64,000 bases of DNA from a bacterium (GCA_965202625.1 CBDBBI010000010.1:2528001-2592000); one strand, 5' to 3'. Positions 40,254 through 50,510 are shown, numbered from the stretch's first letter. The notes: a model not told the origin generated them from the sequence alone. Translations and numbers: made by a program.

Positions 40254-40428
40254 CTTATCCGGTATGTCAAATCTCCAATGTAGCCAAACAAAAATCATTG
40301 CGAAACGCTTGGGGGAAAGGATGTTTTTTCGTGCGTAAACGGCCCGTGAAAAGGCGTTGCAAAAAAAGCCGTTCAAGGCAGGTCGTCGAGCGTGCTGGGG
40401 GCGAGGGCGTCCGCGTCCTCGCCGCCTC

Positions 40429-42144
40429 TCAGTCCGCCTTCCCCAGCATCTCCCGCGCGTGCTGGCGCGCCGCGTCCGTAATCGCAAGCCCCGCTCCCAT
40501 GCGGGCGATCTCCTCCACCCGCTCCTCATCCGCCAGAGCGTGAATCGTCGTGGCGGTGCGGTCGTTCACGACCCGCTTCTCCGCCCGAAAATGGCGATCC
40601 CCCAGGCTGGCCACCTGCGGCAGGTGAGTGACCACGAGCACCTGATGGTTTTCCGACACCGCCTTGAGTTTTCTTCCCACAACCTCGGCTGCGGCCCCGC
40701 CGACGCCGGCGTCCACCTCGTCGAAGATGAGCGTGGGGATGAGGTCTGCGCGTCCCAGGACGGATTCGAGGGCGAGCATGAGCCGGGAGAGCTCCCCGCC
40801 CGAGGCGACGCGGCGCAAGGGACGCGGGGGTTCGCCCGGATTCGGGGAGAAATGAAACTCCGCGCGGTCAACGCCGTCGGCGCGAAGCGCGACCGTTTTC
40901 TGATCGCGCCGGATGAAGCCCGCCGCCGTCTCCTGGTGCGTGATGCGCGTCTGAAACGCAGCCCCCGCCAGCCCCAGCTCGTCCAACCCTCTCTCCACTC
41001 CCGCATCGAGCCCTCTGGACGCCTCTTCTCTTATTCTGGAGAGGCAGAGGGCGATTCGCGCGATCTTCTTTTGCAGCCCGTCGCGCTCCTCCGCAAGGCG
41101 CGCTTCGGTTCCCGCTTCGTCCGCAACCTCCTCGAGGTCGTTTCGGCGCCTCTCCAAAAAGGCGAGACATTCCGCCTCGTCGCTCCCGTATTTCCTGATC
41201 ATCTCTCGAATGAAGGCGCGTCTCGCCTCGAGGGACTCCAGGCGTTCGGGGTCGTCGGCTATCCCCGCCGCGTAGTCTCGAAGCGCGTCCGCCAGGTTTT
41301 CCAGCTGCGCCTGGGCGGAGGCGGCCTCATCCAGAAGCGGACGCAGGGATGCGTCTAGACGGACCATGCCTTCGAGTTCCCTGCGGATTTCGCCCGTTTT
41401 CTCGACGACCGCACCCTCCGCTCCATACAGCCGCTCGTAGAGCGATGCGGCGACCCCTCCCAGAAACTCTGCGTTTTTCAGTTTGGGCAGCTCACCCTCA
41501 ATCTCCGCCAGCTCGCCGGGACGCAGGCGGGCGCTTTCCAGCTCCTCCACCTGGAAGCGCAACAGGTCGGCTCTCTGGGCGCGCTCCCGGACGCCCTCCT
41601 TGTGCGCGCGGAGTTTTTCCTCGACCGCGTGAAGCGCCCTCGCCAACGGGCCCAGGGAGTCTCTTTGCGCGCGCGTCCGCGCGAAGTCGTCCAGCAGTTC
41701 CAGATGGGTGGCGGGGCGAAGGAGGCTCTGGTGCGCGTGCTGGCCATGGACGTTCACCAGACGCTCGCCCACGGCGCAGAGCAAGGACGTCGGCCCCATC
41801 GCGCCGTTCAGATACACCCGGCTTCTGCCGTTCTTGGCGACCCGGCGCCGCACGATGAGCTCGCCCCCATCCGGAACGTCCACGCCCGCCTCGCCGAGCA
41901 GGGCGCGCGCCGCGAGACCGCCTGCGGCGTCCGGTATCTCGAAGGCGGCCTCGACGATGGCCCCGGCCGCGCCCGCGCGCACCATGTCGCTTCGCGCGCG
42001 TGCGCCCAGAGTGAGGCCCAGGGCGTCGAAGACGATGGACTTGCCCGCGCCCGTCTCCCCCGTCAGGACGTTGAGCCCCGGCCCGAAGGCGACCTCGAGA
42101 TCGTCGATGATGGCGAAGTTCGCGATTCTCAGAACGCGGAGCAT
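40429..42144 (-). CDS. recN: DNA repair protein RecN
   Basis: LTGETGAGKS, HGQH, ASGGELSR, IFDEVDAG and VTHLPQVA motifs. Confidence 0.96.
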   Translation of the reverse strand: MLRVLRIANFAIIDDLEVAFGPGLNVLTGETGAGKSIVFDALGLTLGARARSDMVRAGAAGAIVEAAFEIPDAAGGLAARALLGEAGVDVPDGGELIVRRRVAKNGRSRVYLNGAMGPTSLLCAVGERLVNVHGQHAHQSLLRPATHLELLDDFARTRAQRDSLGPLARALHAVEEKLRAHKEGVRERAQRADLLRFQVEELESARLRPGELAEIEGELPKLKNAEFLGGVAASLYERLYGAEGAVVEKTGEIRRELEGMVRLDASLRPLLDEAASAQAQLENLADALRDYAAGIADDPERLESLEARRAFIREMIRKYGSDEAECLAFLERRRNDLEEVADEAGTEARLAEERDGLQKKIARIALCLSRIREEASRGLDAGVERGLDELGLAGAAFQTRITHQETAAGFIRRDQKTVALRADGVDRAEFHFSPNPGEPPRPLRRVASGGELSRLMLALESVLGRADLIPTLIFDEVDAGVGGAAAEVVGRKLKAVSENHQVLVVTHLPQVASLGDRHFRAEKRVVNDRTATTIHALADEERVEEIARMGAGLAITDAARQHAREMLGKAD

Positions 42145-42215
42145 GGCGGACTAGAATCTCCGCCCGCCGCTCGCACCGCTCGCATCTTTGAAAAATCTTG
42201 TGTTGACGCTCCTCG

Positions 42216-43133
42216 TCATGCCGAGGTTTTCCGGTTTTTTCTCCCGCCGCGTGGGTGCGTCTCCCACAGGAGCTTCTCCCGCAGGGTCTGGAAGAAATCC
42301 ACCCCCATCGGGCGGATGATTCGCACGGCGAAGCGGCTTTTGCGGATTCTCACCGAATCGCCCGCCTCGAGTGCGCCTCCGGCGAAGCCGTCGAGGGTGA
42401 GGAGCACCTCCCGTCCTTGGTCCCTGGTGTACGGAAAGATGGTGATCTCCAGTTTCGCCTCCGCAGGGACGACGATGGGCCGGTTGCTGAGGGTGTGCGG
42501 GCATATCGGGTTGATGAGCATCACGTTGAGTTCCGGCAGGACGAGCGGCCCGCCCGCGGAGAGGGAATAGGCCGTGGAGCCGGTCGGGGTGGCGACGATG
42601 AGGCCGTCCGCGCGGAAGTAGCCCAGATGCCGTCCTTCCATCTGAATCTGGTATTCGACCATGCGCGCTAGGGGCCCGGTGGTGAGCACCACGTCGTTCA
42701 GCGAGTCGGATAGTTTCAGCGGCGCGTCGTTTTTGCGCACCGAGGCGCTGAGCCGCATTCTGGATTCGATGGAGAACTCCTCGTGAAGCAGTATGCGCTC
42801 AAGCGCCGGATAGAGGTCCGCCTGGGGGACGTCGGCGAGAAACCCCAGATGCCCCGTGTTGATTCCCAGGAGCAGAGGAGATTCTCCCTTGACGTGGTGC
42901 GCGGTGCGCAGCATGGAGCCGTCGCCGCCGAACACGATGACGAGGTCGGCCCGCCTGACGACCTCCTCTCTCTCGCGTCCCGTTTTTTCTCCCGCCATTC
43001 TGGCGGCGTCAAGGTCGTGCTCCACCTCAAAGCCCTTCTCTTGCAGCCAGGCGGTGAGTTCTGCGAAGTCGAGCGGGTTGTTCTGGGCCTCCGCCCATGC
43101 GGTCAAGGCGATGCGCTGAATGTTCGCAGGCAA
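42216..43133 (-). CDS. nadK: NAD(+) kinase
   Basis: FGGDGS, GHLGFL, LND and DGLIVATPTGSTAYSLSAGGP motifs; upstream of recN; start inferred. Confidence 0.92.
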   Translation of the reverse strand: MPANIQRIALTAWAEAQNNPLDFAELTAWLQEKGFEVEHDLDAARMAGEKTGREREEVVRRADLVIVFGGDGSMLRTAHHVKGESPLLLGINTGHLGFLADVPQADLYPALERILLHEEFSIESRMRLSASVRKNDAPLKLSDSLNDVVLTTGPLARMVEYQIQMEGRHLGYFRADGLIVATPTGSTAYSLSAGGPLVLPELNVMLINPICPHTLSNRPIVVPAEAKLEITIFPYTRDQGREVLLTLDGFAGGALEAGDSVRIRKSRFAVRIIRPMGVDFFQTLREKLLWETHPRGGRKNRKTSA

Positions 43134-43209
43134 ATGGGAATCCCCCGAATCCGTGTCGGTCGGGAAAAAATATCCCAGGGCGTTCAAGGGGGCAAGCACT
43201 CTCCGGGGT

Positions 43210-44127
43210 TCAGGCGCGCGCGCCCCGCCTCGCGGCCTGCTTCCTTCGCCTGGGCAGACGCCGCCAGTATCGGCAGGCGTCCTGAAGGGGGCAGCCCGCG
43301 CAAAGCAGAACGTCTTTTTTGCTCGGACAGCGCTTGAGGATGCCCATTCGGGAGATGGCAAAATCGTAGCGTACCGGATCCGCAGGGTCGATGCGCTTGA
43401 GATTTTTCGTGATGTCGAGCGCCATTTTGAGGTTCGGCGTCTTCCTGTCGGTGAGCCCGAGGAGGCGGCCAATGCGAGCGACGTGGGTGTCGAGGGGAAT
43501 GACGAGCTGATGCGTCCTGGGCGTTTTCCACAGGCCGAGGTCCAGACCGTCGGCGGGCCGTATCATCCAGCGAAGGAACAGGTGGAGCCGCTTGCACGCG
43601 CCCACCCCCGCCGGATCGGGCAGAAGGTAGAGGAGGCCGCGCTTGGCGTCCCCATCCTTCGGCATCGGAAGAAAGTCAAGCAGATGGTCCCGAAATTCCT
43701 TGAGCGTCCCGTGCAGGGTTTCCGCATTCGGGCGGTAGTGCCGCAGAAACAGCGCTTCAAGCGAGCCCTCGCTTCTCAGCGCGGCCCCGAGTGCCTGGGC
43801 GAGAAGCCCGATGGCCTCCGGCCCCACCCAGCGGTGGCGCAGCCCCTGAAAAAGGCGCGCGCTTCTCTCTGGAGGGTGGCGATGCAGCGCGCTGGCCGGA
43901 TGGCCCCCCACCCGCTCCAGAACGCGTTGGACGCTCGTCCGTATGGCCGCCGCGTTGCCGAAGGCCAGCGACGCGCTGAAAAACGCGGCGATCTCCCGAT
44001 CCGGTTTCTCTTCGTAGGCGTGCGCGATTCCCAGCGGGTCGGTGGCAAGGTAGGATTCGTGATACGCGCCGGCGAGCGCGTCGAGCTTCTGCTTGAGGAG
44101 GGCGACGTTTTTGTCCGTGAGTCCCAT
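43210..44127 (-). CDS. TIGR02757/DUF2400-like HhH DNA-glycosylase-fold protein
   Basis: DP..DREIAA, ACKRLHLFLRWMIR, IPLDTHV, DPVRYDFA and C-terminal Cys cluster. Confidence 0.85.
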   Translation of the reverse strand: MGLTDKNVALLKQKLDALAGAYHESYLATDPLGIAHAYEEKPDREIAAFFSASLAFGNAAAIRTSVQRVLERVGGHPASALHRHPPERSARLFQGLRHRWVGPEAIGLLAQALGAALRSEGSLEALFLRHYRPNAETLHGTLKEFRDHLLDFLPMPKDGDAKRGLLYLLPDPAGVGACKRLHLFLRWMIRPADGLDLGLWKTPRTHQLVIPLDTHVARIGRLLGLTDRKTPNLKMALDITKNLKRIDPADPVRYDFAISRMGILKRCPSKKDVLLCAGCPLQDACRYWRRLPRRRKQAARRGARA

Positions 44128-44576
44128 CAAAACGCCCCGTTGGTGTCGAGCATCAGGGTGACGGGCCCATCATTCACGATTTCCACTTCCATCGCCGCGC
44201 CGAAGCGGCCCGTTGTGATCCGGACCCCCCGTTTTTCGACCTGGGAGATGAAGCGCGCGTAAAGAGGCTCCGCTTTCTCGGGCGGGGCGGCGGCGGCGAA
44301 GCTGGGACGCCTCCCCTTTCGGCAATCCCCCTGAAGGGTGAACTGGCTGACGATGAGCATCTCCCCGCCCAGGTCAAGCAGCGAGAGGTTCATCTTTCGC
44401 GCCGCATCCTGAAATATCCTGAGACGGGAGATTTTCTCCGCCAGAAGATCGGCGTCTTCTTCCGTGTCCTCACGGCCCACCCCCAGAAAGACGACCATCC
44501 CGCCCGCAATCTCTCCGGTAATTTCTCCCTCCGCCTTGACGCTTGCGCGCCGCGCGCGCTGAACGACGGCTCTCAT
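44127..44576 (-). CDS. dtd: D-aminoacyl-tRNA deacylase
   Basis: MRAVVQR, SQFTL, KGRRPSF and NDGPVT motifs. Confidence 0.95.
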   Translation of the reverse strand: MRAVVQRARRASVKAEGEITGEIAGGMVVFLGVGREDTEEDADLLAEKISRLRIFQDAARKMNLSLLDLGGEMLIVSQFTLQGDCRKGRRPSFAAAAPPEKAEPLYARFISQVEKRGVRITTGRFGAAMEVEIVNDGPVTLMLDTNGAF

Positions 44577-44750
44577 GTGCGCTCCTCCAAAGAGGCGTCC
44601 TTTTCTCAAGGGGCGGCTGCTCCCTCCGCGCGCTGCGGGCCGCCGGGCGAGAGGGAGAATATACGGTGATGCGCCTGAAATTCAACGCCCGCCATCCAAG
44701 CGGCGCTTTTCGGGCGCGCAGGGTGCTTTCCGGTTGAAATGCGGGGGAGG

Positions 44751-45235
44751 ATGTGTGACGTCTCGCCCGTGACGATTCAAAACTGGATAGACAAGAGCTG
44801 ACTGCGCGCTTACCGCACGCACGGAGGGCATAGAAGGGTGTGTAAAGAGGCGCTTCTCTTCTTCATCGTGAACGGCGAGGAGGGGTTCGCCGCCTCTCTC
44901 AAGGAGGCTCTGCTGTTCGACAAGCCGGCCTATGAAGTGCAGGTGGCGCGCGATAGATTTAGCGCGGGCGTCCTTTACGCCAGGGCGAAGCCGGATGTCG
45001 TGATACTCGTTCTGAATCATCCAGAGGTGGACGGCTATGAAGTGTGTCGCCAGATCAAGCAGGACGGCGCGAATGGAGACATGCTCGTCCTCATCATCAG
45101 CGACCGCGCCGATGGAGACGGCCGGAAGCGCATTCTGCGCCTGGGCACAACGCGCTGTCTCTCAAAGCCGGTGGGGATGCAGCGGAACTTAGTGCCTTGG
45201 TGCGGGAGTCGGTGGCGAATCGCGCCTGTTCTGAT
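44751..45235 (+). pseudogene. Decayed excisionase/MerR-like HTH plus response-regulator receiver gene
   Basis: MCDVSPVTIQNWIDKS*LRAYRTHGGHRRV with TGA at 44799-44801; receiver KPDVVILVLNHPEVDGYEVC lacks the phospho-Asp; end approximate. Confidence 0.65.
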
Positions 45236-45320
45236 GAGACGCCCTCCGGAATTACCGGGCGGCGCGGCCGCTCGCTGGTCGTTTCAGCACCCTCGCGTCC
45301 GTTGGCGGAATACGTCTGCG

Positions 45321-46202
45321 TTAGTCGTTCTTGCCCGAGTCGGTGCCGCGGTTTCTGAGGAAGCGCTCCAGCTCCTTCGCCAGTTCGTCTCCTGATGGCA
45401 ACTCGCCCGGACCGATTTCCTCGTCGTGCTCCTCCTCCTTGCGCTTCAACTGGTCCACGTAGTCTCGCACCGACTTGTTCTTCTCCAGCGCCTCGTCGAC
45501 CTTGTCTTCAAACTCATGGGCGCCCGCCTCGAGTTCGGAGAGGTTGAGGGGGTAGGAGAGAAAATCGCTGAGCCGCTCCACTAGGGCGAGCGCGGCTTTC
45601 GGGTTGGGCGAGACGTTCACATAGTGGGGAACGTTCGCCCAGACGCTGACGGCGGGCAGGTTCTCGTCCCGAAATAAATTGTTCAGCACGCCGACGATTC
45701 CGGTAGGTCCCTCATAATGGGAGGGCTTGAGGCCGAGCTGTGCCGTCAGATCCGGGTTTGTGGAGGTGCCGGTGATTCGAACCCTGCTTCGGTGGTAGAC
45801 GTCGGCGAGGAGCGCCCCCACGGTGACGGCCATACGTATCCGGCATTCCTGAATCATGGACAAGATGATTTTGGAGAAACGCCCCCACTGCAGATGAGGC
45901 TCCACCCCCAGAAACACAACTACGTCGTGTTCGAGGTTCGGCGTTTCACATGCGTAGAACGTATTTGCAGGCCAGGTGATCTCTCTGCGGCTGTTCTCAT
46001 CGAAGCGCACCTGAGGCCGCATGTCCTGGAAGTTGTAGAACGGGTCGGAGTCGATTTGGGCGAATTCCAGCCCCCCCATTTTCTCGGTCATGAAGCTCGC
46101 GGCCGTCGTGGCGGCACTGCTCGCGTCGTTCCAGCCTGCGAAGGCCATGAGGAGAGTGGGATCTCTGAGGTTCGGCGTTTCCTTGAGGTCCAGGTGTTCC
46201 AT
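45321..46202 (-). CDS. PAC2 (proteasome assembly chaperone-like) family protein
   Basis: AFAGWNDAS, RP, GVEPHLQW, YEGPTGI, WANVPHY and ELERFLR motifs. Confidence 0.88.
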   Translation of the reverse strand: MEHLDLKETPNLRDPTLLMAFAGWNDASSAATTAASFMTEKMGGLEFAQIDSDPFYNFQDMRPQVRFDENSRREITWPANTFYACETPNLEHDVVVFLGVEPHLQWGRFSKIILSMIQECRIRMAVTVGALLADVYHRSRVRITGTSTNPDLTAQLGLKPSHYEGPTGIVGVLNNLFRDENLPAVSVWANVPHYVNVSPNPKAALALVERLSDFLSYPLNLSELEAGAHEFEDKVDEALEKNKSVRDYVDQLKRKEEEHDEEIGPGELPSGDELAKELERFLRNRGTDSGKND

Positions 46203-46469
46203 AGAATGGTCTCCTCTAGACCGCATGACGCCCCAAAGGCGTGAGAAGTCCTCCTATTGTATGGGGTATCGGGCGGTGGTTCAACAAACAAACCCTCGCT
46301 TGGCGATTTTCCGCGCAGCGTTTGATGATGGGGAGCTTCTGGGATATAAGCTTTCGGTCCGGACGTTGCCGCCGTGCTCTGTAGTGAGGTGTGCGCTCTT
46401 GCGAGGGGAGAGGCGCTCTCCCTTTGTCGTGCGAGAGAGCCGGAACACGCAGGCGATGGGAGATGAGCG

Positions 46470-47252
46470 ATGGGCGCGCTGGAGACGCTTGGGATGAAGG
46501 ATAAAGTCGTTTTGGTGACGGGCGGATCGCGCGGGGTTGGCGCCGCCATTGCGAGGCGCTTCGCCCAGGATGGCGCGCGTCTGGTTTTGAACCATCGGGT
46601 GGGAGGAGGGAGAGCTTCGCGCATGGCGGACGCGCTTTGTCGAGAGGTTGATGCCGCCGGCGCGCGCGCCGTCGCCATTCCCGCGGACATTTCCCGAAAA
46701 AACGCCGTCAAGACCATGTTCGCGCAGCTGGAGGATGAATTTGGACGACTCGACGCCCTGATCCTGAACGCGGCGCGCGCGCCCTTCAAGCCGTGGGAGA
46801 AGCTCCTGGAGCGTGACCTGAGGCTCCTGGTGGAGACGAACTTTCTGGGCAACGTGTTCTGCTTGCAGGAAGCACTTCCGCTACTCGCGCGCCGAGGGGG
46901 AGCGGTCGTGTTCATCTCCAGCCTGGGGAGCCGCTTCTATCATCCGGAGTATCCGCTGGGCCCAATGAAGGCGGCCATGGAGGCGGCGGTTCGGCATTGG
47001 GCGGAGAGTTTTGACGAGGCTGGCATATCGGTCAACGCCGTTTGCGCGGGCCTCGTCAAAACTGATTCGTTCAAGACGCTGCGAATGGTGCAACCGGATC
47101 TGGACGCGCTGCCGGAGCGTTATTTCGTATCGCCCGAGGAGGTGGCGGAGGCTGTCTTCTTTCTCGCCGGCGCGGGTGCTGATTCCATACGCGGGCAGAC
47201 GCTCGTGGTGGATAGGGGACTCAGCAACCGGCTGAACCGTCCGTTGAAATGA
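46470..47252 (+). CDS. SDR, enoyl-ACP reductase FabL-like
   Basis: TGGSRGVG, LNAA, SSLGS and YPLGPMK motifs; first gene of the FAS cluster. Confidence 0.75.
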   Translation: MGALETLGMKDKVVLVTGGSRGVGAAIARRFAQDGARLVLNHRVGGGRASRMADALCREVDAAGARAVAIPADISRKNAVKTMFAQLEDEFGRLDALILNAARAPFKPWEKLLERDLRLLVETNFLGNVFCLQEALPLLARRGGAVVFISSLGSRFYHPEYPLGPMKAAMEAAVRHWAESFDEAGISVNAVCAGLVKTDSFKTLRMVQPDLDALPERYFVSPEEVAEAVFFLAGAGADSIRGQTLVVDRGLSNRLNRPLK

Positions 47253-47395
47253 TGGAATCGACCAAAATTTCCGCAGGCGGTTGATTTTCACGCTTCTCCC
47301 TGATTGTATAGACTTTGACGAGAGCGCGTTTTCACGGTGTCCGTCCCGATAAAAGAATAGAGAGTCGCTTCAGCTTCTTCGTGTAGAGGGAAACG

Positions 47396-47959
47396 ATGTC
47401 CCAAAACCTGATCTCGGACGATACGATACTGGAGGAAGTGAAAAAGGCGATTGCCCACACTACGGGAATCGACGAGGAGACCATTGGGCCGGACAGCTCC
47501 TTGGTGGATGATCTGGACGTGTTGTCGCTGGATTTTCTGGACATCAATTTTCGTCTGGAGCAAGTGTTCGGTATCAAGATGGCGCGGAACTTCGTTCTGG
47601 AGCACGTGGAGGAGATGTTCGGCGAGGGTGTGGCCATCAGTGAGGAGAGCGAAGTGACGGAAAAGGGGGTGGAGGTCCTGAAATTGCGCCTGAATGAAGC
47701 GGCCAGGGACCTGAAGTCGGGAACCCCCGTGGACGAGCTTCCCGCCCTCGTCACGCCGAGAACGCTGGTCGGTGCGGTGCGTGAGGTTTTGGACTGCCTG
47801 TCTGAGAAGAGCCCGGCGGCGGAGGCTTGGAAAACCGAGGACCGGACGCGCATCGTGTGCTCCAAGACGGGCGATCCCGCGTCTTTGCCCAGCGGGGATG
47901 AGGTGGTGCAAAACTGGCTGAGCGAAGTGCAAGCGCAAAGGCGGCTCTTCTCCCCCTGA
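47396..47959 (+). CDS. Acyl carrier protein with insertion and C-terminal extension (187 aa)
   Basis: DDLDVLSLDFLDINFRLEQVFGIK phosphopantetheine-site region; about twice the normal ACP length. Confidence 0.8.
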   Translation: MSQNLISDDTILEEVKKAIAHTTGIDEETIGPDSSLVDDLDVLSLDFLDINFRLEQVFGIKMARNFVLEHVEEMFGEGVAISEESEVTEKGVEVLKLRLNEAARDLKSGTPVDELPALVTPRTLVGAVREVLDCLSEKSPAAEAWKTEDRTRIVCSKTGDPASLPSGDEVVQNWLSEVQAQRRLFSP

Positions 47960-48003
47960 CGCGGCCTGCGTCCTCTCGCCCGTCTTGTCTGGAGAGCGTG
48001 TGA

Positions 48004-49314
48004 ATGGCCGGTTGCGGCAGACGAGTCGTGATCACCGGATACGGAGCGATGACGCCCCTGGGCGCGGGCGTCACCACCACGTTCGACTCCATGCGAGAGG
48101 GGCGCTCCGGAATTGACGTCATCCGACGTTTCGATCCCGAAAAACTTCCCTGCCAGATCGCCGGAGAGATAGAAGACGAGTGGATCGCCTCCCAGGAAAA
48201 CGTCGAGGGGCGCAGACTCGATAAGTTTTCTACGCGCGGAGTGCGCATGATGCGCGTCGCCGTCTCGCAGGCCGCCAGGGCGGCGCGCCTTGATGAGGTG
48301 TCTCAGAGAAGACGGGTTGGCGTCGCGCTCGGCTCCCACGGCGAGCACCCCCAGATCGAGGATTTGCTGCGCGTTTTCCCCTATTGGAAGCCCGAGGAGG
48401 GGGCGCCCTCAGGGGGCGGGTGGGACGTTGAGGCGCTCAGGCGTCGCGGCGCCTATGACTTCATGGGGTTTTTTAGAAGAAAATCGGATGTGGCGACCTC
48501 GGTAGTCGCGCTGGATTTCGACTGCCGGGGGCCGATGGTATCCATCTGTTCGGCCTGCGCGGCGGGGGCGCAGGCGATTGGCGAGTCCGTGCGTCTCATT
48601 CGGGACGGAAGGGCTGACGTCATGGTGGCGGGCGGCTGCGAGGCGACCATCACCTACGTCGGGTTTCTCGGGTTCGTCTTACTCACTGCGCTGGCGGAGA
48701 GATACGAGACCCCGCAGACCGCGTCTCGTCCCTTTGACAGGAAGCGAAACGGCTTCGTGATGTCCGAGGGGGCGGGGGCGATGATACTCGAGCGCTACGA
48801 GCACGCGCGCGCGCGCCGCGCCGACATTCTGGGCGAAGTGCTCGGCTATGGCGATTCCTCGGACGCGTTTCGCATCACCGACATGCACCCGAAGGGGCTG
48901 GGGGCGGTATTCGCCATGAAAAGAGCGCTGGCCGACGCGGGCGTCGCGCCCGAGTGCGTCGAATACGTCAACGCGCACGGCACCTCCACGCCAAAGAACG
49001 ACACGACGGAGACCAAGGCCATCAAGGAGGTGTTCGGCGCCCACGCGGAGAAGGTGCCGATCAGTTCCAATAAGTCCATGATCGGACACACCATTGGCGC
49101 GGCCGGTGCCGTCGAGGCGATTTTGACCCTGGAGGGAATGCGCCGCTCCGAAATCCTGCCCACCATCAACTATCGAAACCGCGATCCGAAGTGCGACCTA
49201 GACTACGTGCCCAATGAAACTAGGGCGCAGGCCCACCGCGTAGCCCTCTCCAATAGCTTTGGCTTTGGAGGGCAGAACGCCTGCCTGTGCCTGGGCGGCC
49301 CCGAGATCGCGTGA
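48004..49314 (+). CDS. Beta-ketoacyl-ACP synthase (FabF-like), intact Cys-His-His
   Basis: SACAAG, NAHGTST, KSMIGH and SNSFGFGGQN motifs. Confidence 0.92.
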   Translation: MAGCGRRVVITGYGAMTPLGAGVTTTFDSMREGRSGIDVIRRFDPEKLPCQIAGEIEDEWIASQENVEGRRLDKFSTRGVRMMRVAVSQAARAARLDEVSQRRRVGVALGSHGEHPQIEDLLRVFPYWKPEEGAPSGGGWDVEALRRRGAYDFMGFFRRKSDVATSVVALDFDCRGPMVSICSACAAGAQAIGESVRLIRDGRADVMVAGGCEATITYVGFLGFVLLTALAERYETPQTASRPFDRKRNGFVMSEGAGAMILERYEHARARRADILGEVLGYGDSSDAFRITDMHPKGLGAVFAMKRALADAGVAPECVEYVNAHGTSTPKNDTTETKAIKEVFGAHAEKVPISSNKSMIGHTIGAAGAVEAILTLEGMRRSEILPTINYRNRDPKCDLDYVPNETRAQAHRVALSNSFGFGGQNACLCLGGPEIA

Positions 49315-50495
49315 GATCTTCCCCCCTTCCCATCACCGGAGCGGGTCTGGTGACGGCGGCGGGAATCGGCGTCGCGCCCGCCTGGGAGGCGCTTTGCGCG
49401 CGCCGCTCCTTTTTGGTACTTGACCCGGACTCAGAGCTCGCCGGCTTCGCGCCGATAAGAACGGCGAGATGCGGGCGGATAGACCCGGAATCCCTCGGTG
49501 CGGATCGCCGGGCGGCCAAGCTCATGCGCGGTCATACCCACATGCTTCTGGCGGCGGTTCACGACGCGCTCAGGGACGCTCCCCTCGCTCCGGAGATGGC
49601 GGGGGCGGAGGTCGCCTTTTTCGCCGGCATGGATTCGGTCGATCCGGCGAGCGATGATTTGATGGGGGCGGTTCATAAATCAGGGGCTGAAGTGAATCTC
49701 AGGCGTTTTTTTGGCGAGGAGATGGATCGCATTCCTCCGCTTTGGCCGCTCGAGCTGTTGAACGCGATAGGTTTCAGCCAGGTGGCGATTCAACATCAAC
49801 TTCAAGGGGAGAACGCTGTTTTCAGCGCGGGTCCAGAGGCGGGCGCGCGCGCCATCTGCGAGGCGGCGGCGTCCGTTCGTTTGGGCAAGGCGAGGCTTGG
49901 GTTGGCCGCCGGAGTGAGTGGACGGATTTCCGCTCGAATGCTCGCCCGCGCGGCGATGTCCGGCGCGTTGCCCGGTGCTTGGGGGCTGGGCGAGGGTGCG
50001 GCGGTGGTGCTTTTCGGGGAGACTGTGCAACCGGAGGGAATACGCGGGTGGCTCAAGGGGCAGGCTTCGGTTCGCGCGCTTGCTAGAAGAGGGGGCCTCG
50101 CCCGGGCGATTCAAAGATCGGCCGAGACCGCGCTGTCGCTCGCTGGCCTGAGACCTGATGAGGTGGACCTTCTGGTGATTTGCGGGGAGGGGCGCGCCGA
50201 GGCGGATAGGGCGGAGGCGGAGGCGCTCTCCGCCATTTTCAAGGCGGGCAGACCTCTCCTGCTTGCCACGAAGGGCGTATTCGGCCACCTTTGGGGGGCG
50301 AGCCCGGCGCTGGACCTCATCATCGCGGCGAAGGCGTTGGCGGAGGGGGAGGTGCCCCCGCCTCACGGAATCGCGGATGAGGCGTTTCAGGGCGTAGAGC
50401 GAACGTCTGGTCGGCGCGAGATGCGAGACGCGCTCCTCCTTCTTCAGGGCTTCGGCGGCGTATGTGCGGCTTTTGTGGTGGGGAAAAACCCTTGA
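49311..50495 (+). CDS. Degenerate KS / chain-length-factor-like subunit
   Basis: KS fold (ITGAG, GEGAA, KGVFGH, GFGG) but SAGPEAG at the Cys position and no first His. Confidence 0.78.
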   Translation: MRSSPLPITGAGLVTAAGIGVAPAWEALCARRSFLVLDPDSELAGFAPIRTARCGRIDPESLGADRRAAKLMRGHTHMLLAAVHDALRDAPLAPEMAGAEVAFFAGMDSVDPASDDLMGAVHKSGAEVNLRRFFGEEMDRIPPLWPLELLNAIGFSQVAIQHQLQGENAVFSAGPEAGARAICEAAASVRLGKARLGLAAGVSGRISARMLARAAMSGALPGAWGLGEGAAVVLFGETVQPEGIRGWLKGQASVRALARRGGLARAIQRSAETALSLAGLRPDEVDLLVICGEGRAEADRAEAEALSAIFKAGRPLLLATKGVFGHLWGASPALDLIIAAKALAEGEVPPPHGIADEAFQGVERTSGRREMRDALLLLQGFGGVCAAFVVGKNP

Positions 50496-50510
50496 CGGGG
50501 GAATGGCGGA

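Larger units (their letters stand above)
34990..40350. mobile_element. Decayed phage/MGE-derived accessory island between acs and recN
   Basis: Visibly lower GC, helicase and primase-helicase remnants, pseudogenes; no integrase seen. Confidence 0.55.

Noticed and set aside
43134-43472. Long N-terminal extension of NAD kinase (also pyrE to 23098, MTase to 29643, thiS from 30770)
   Set aside because: These extensions overlap neighbouring genes or intergenic DNA and lack family motifs; they are longest-ORF artefacts.
44799-44801. In-frame TGA as a possible second selenocysteine
   Set aside because: It falls in an HTH at a non-Cys position, has no convincing SECIS, and the gene carries other lesions.
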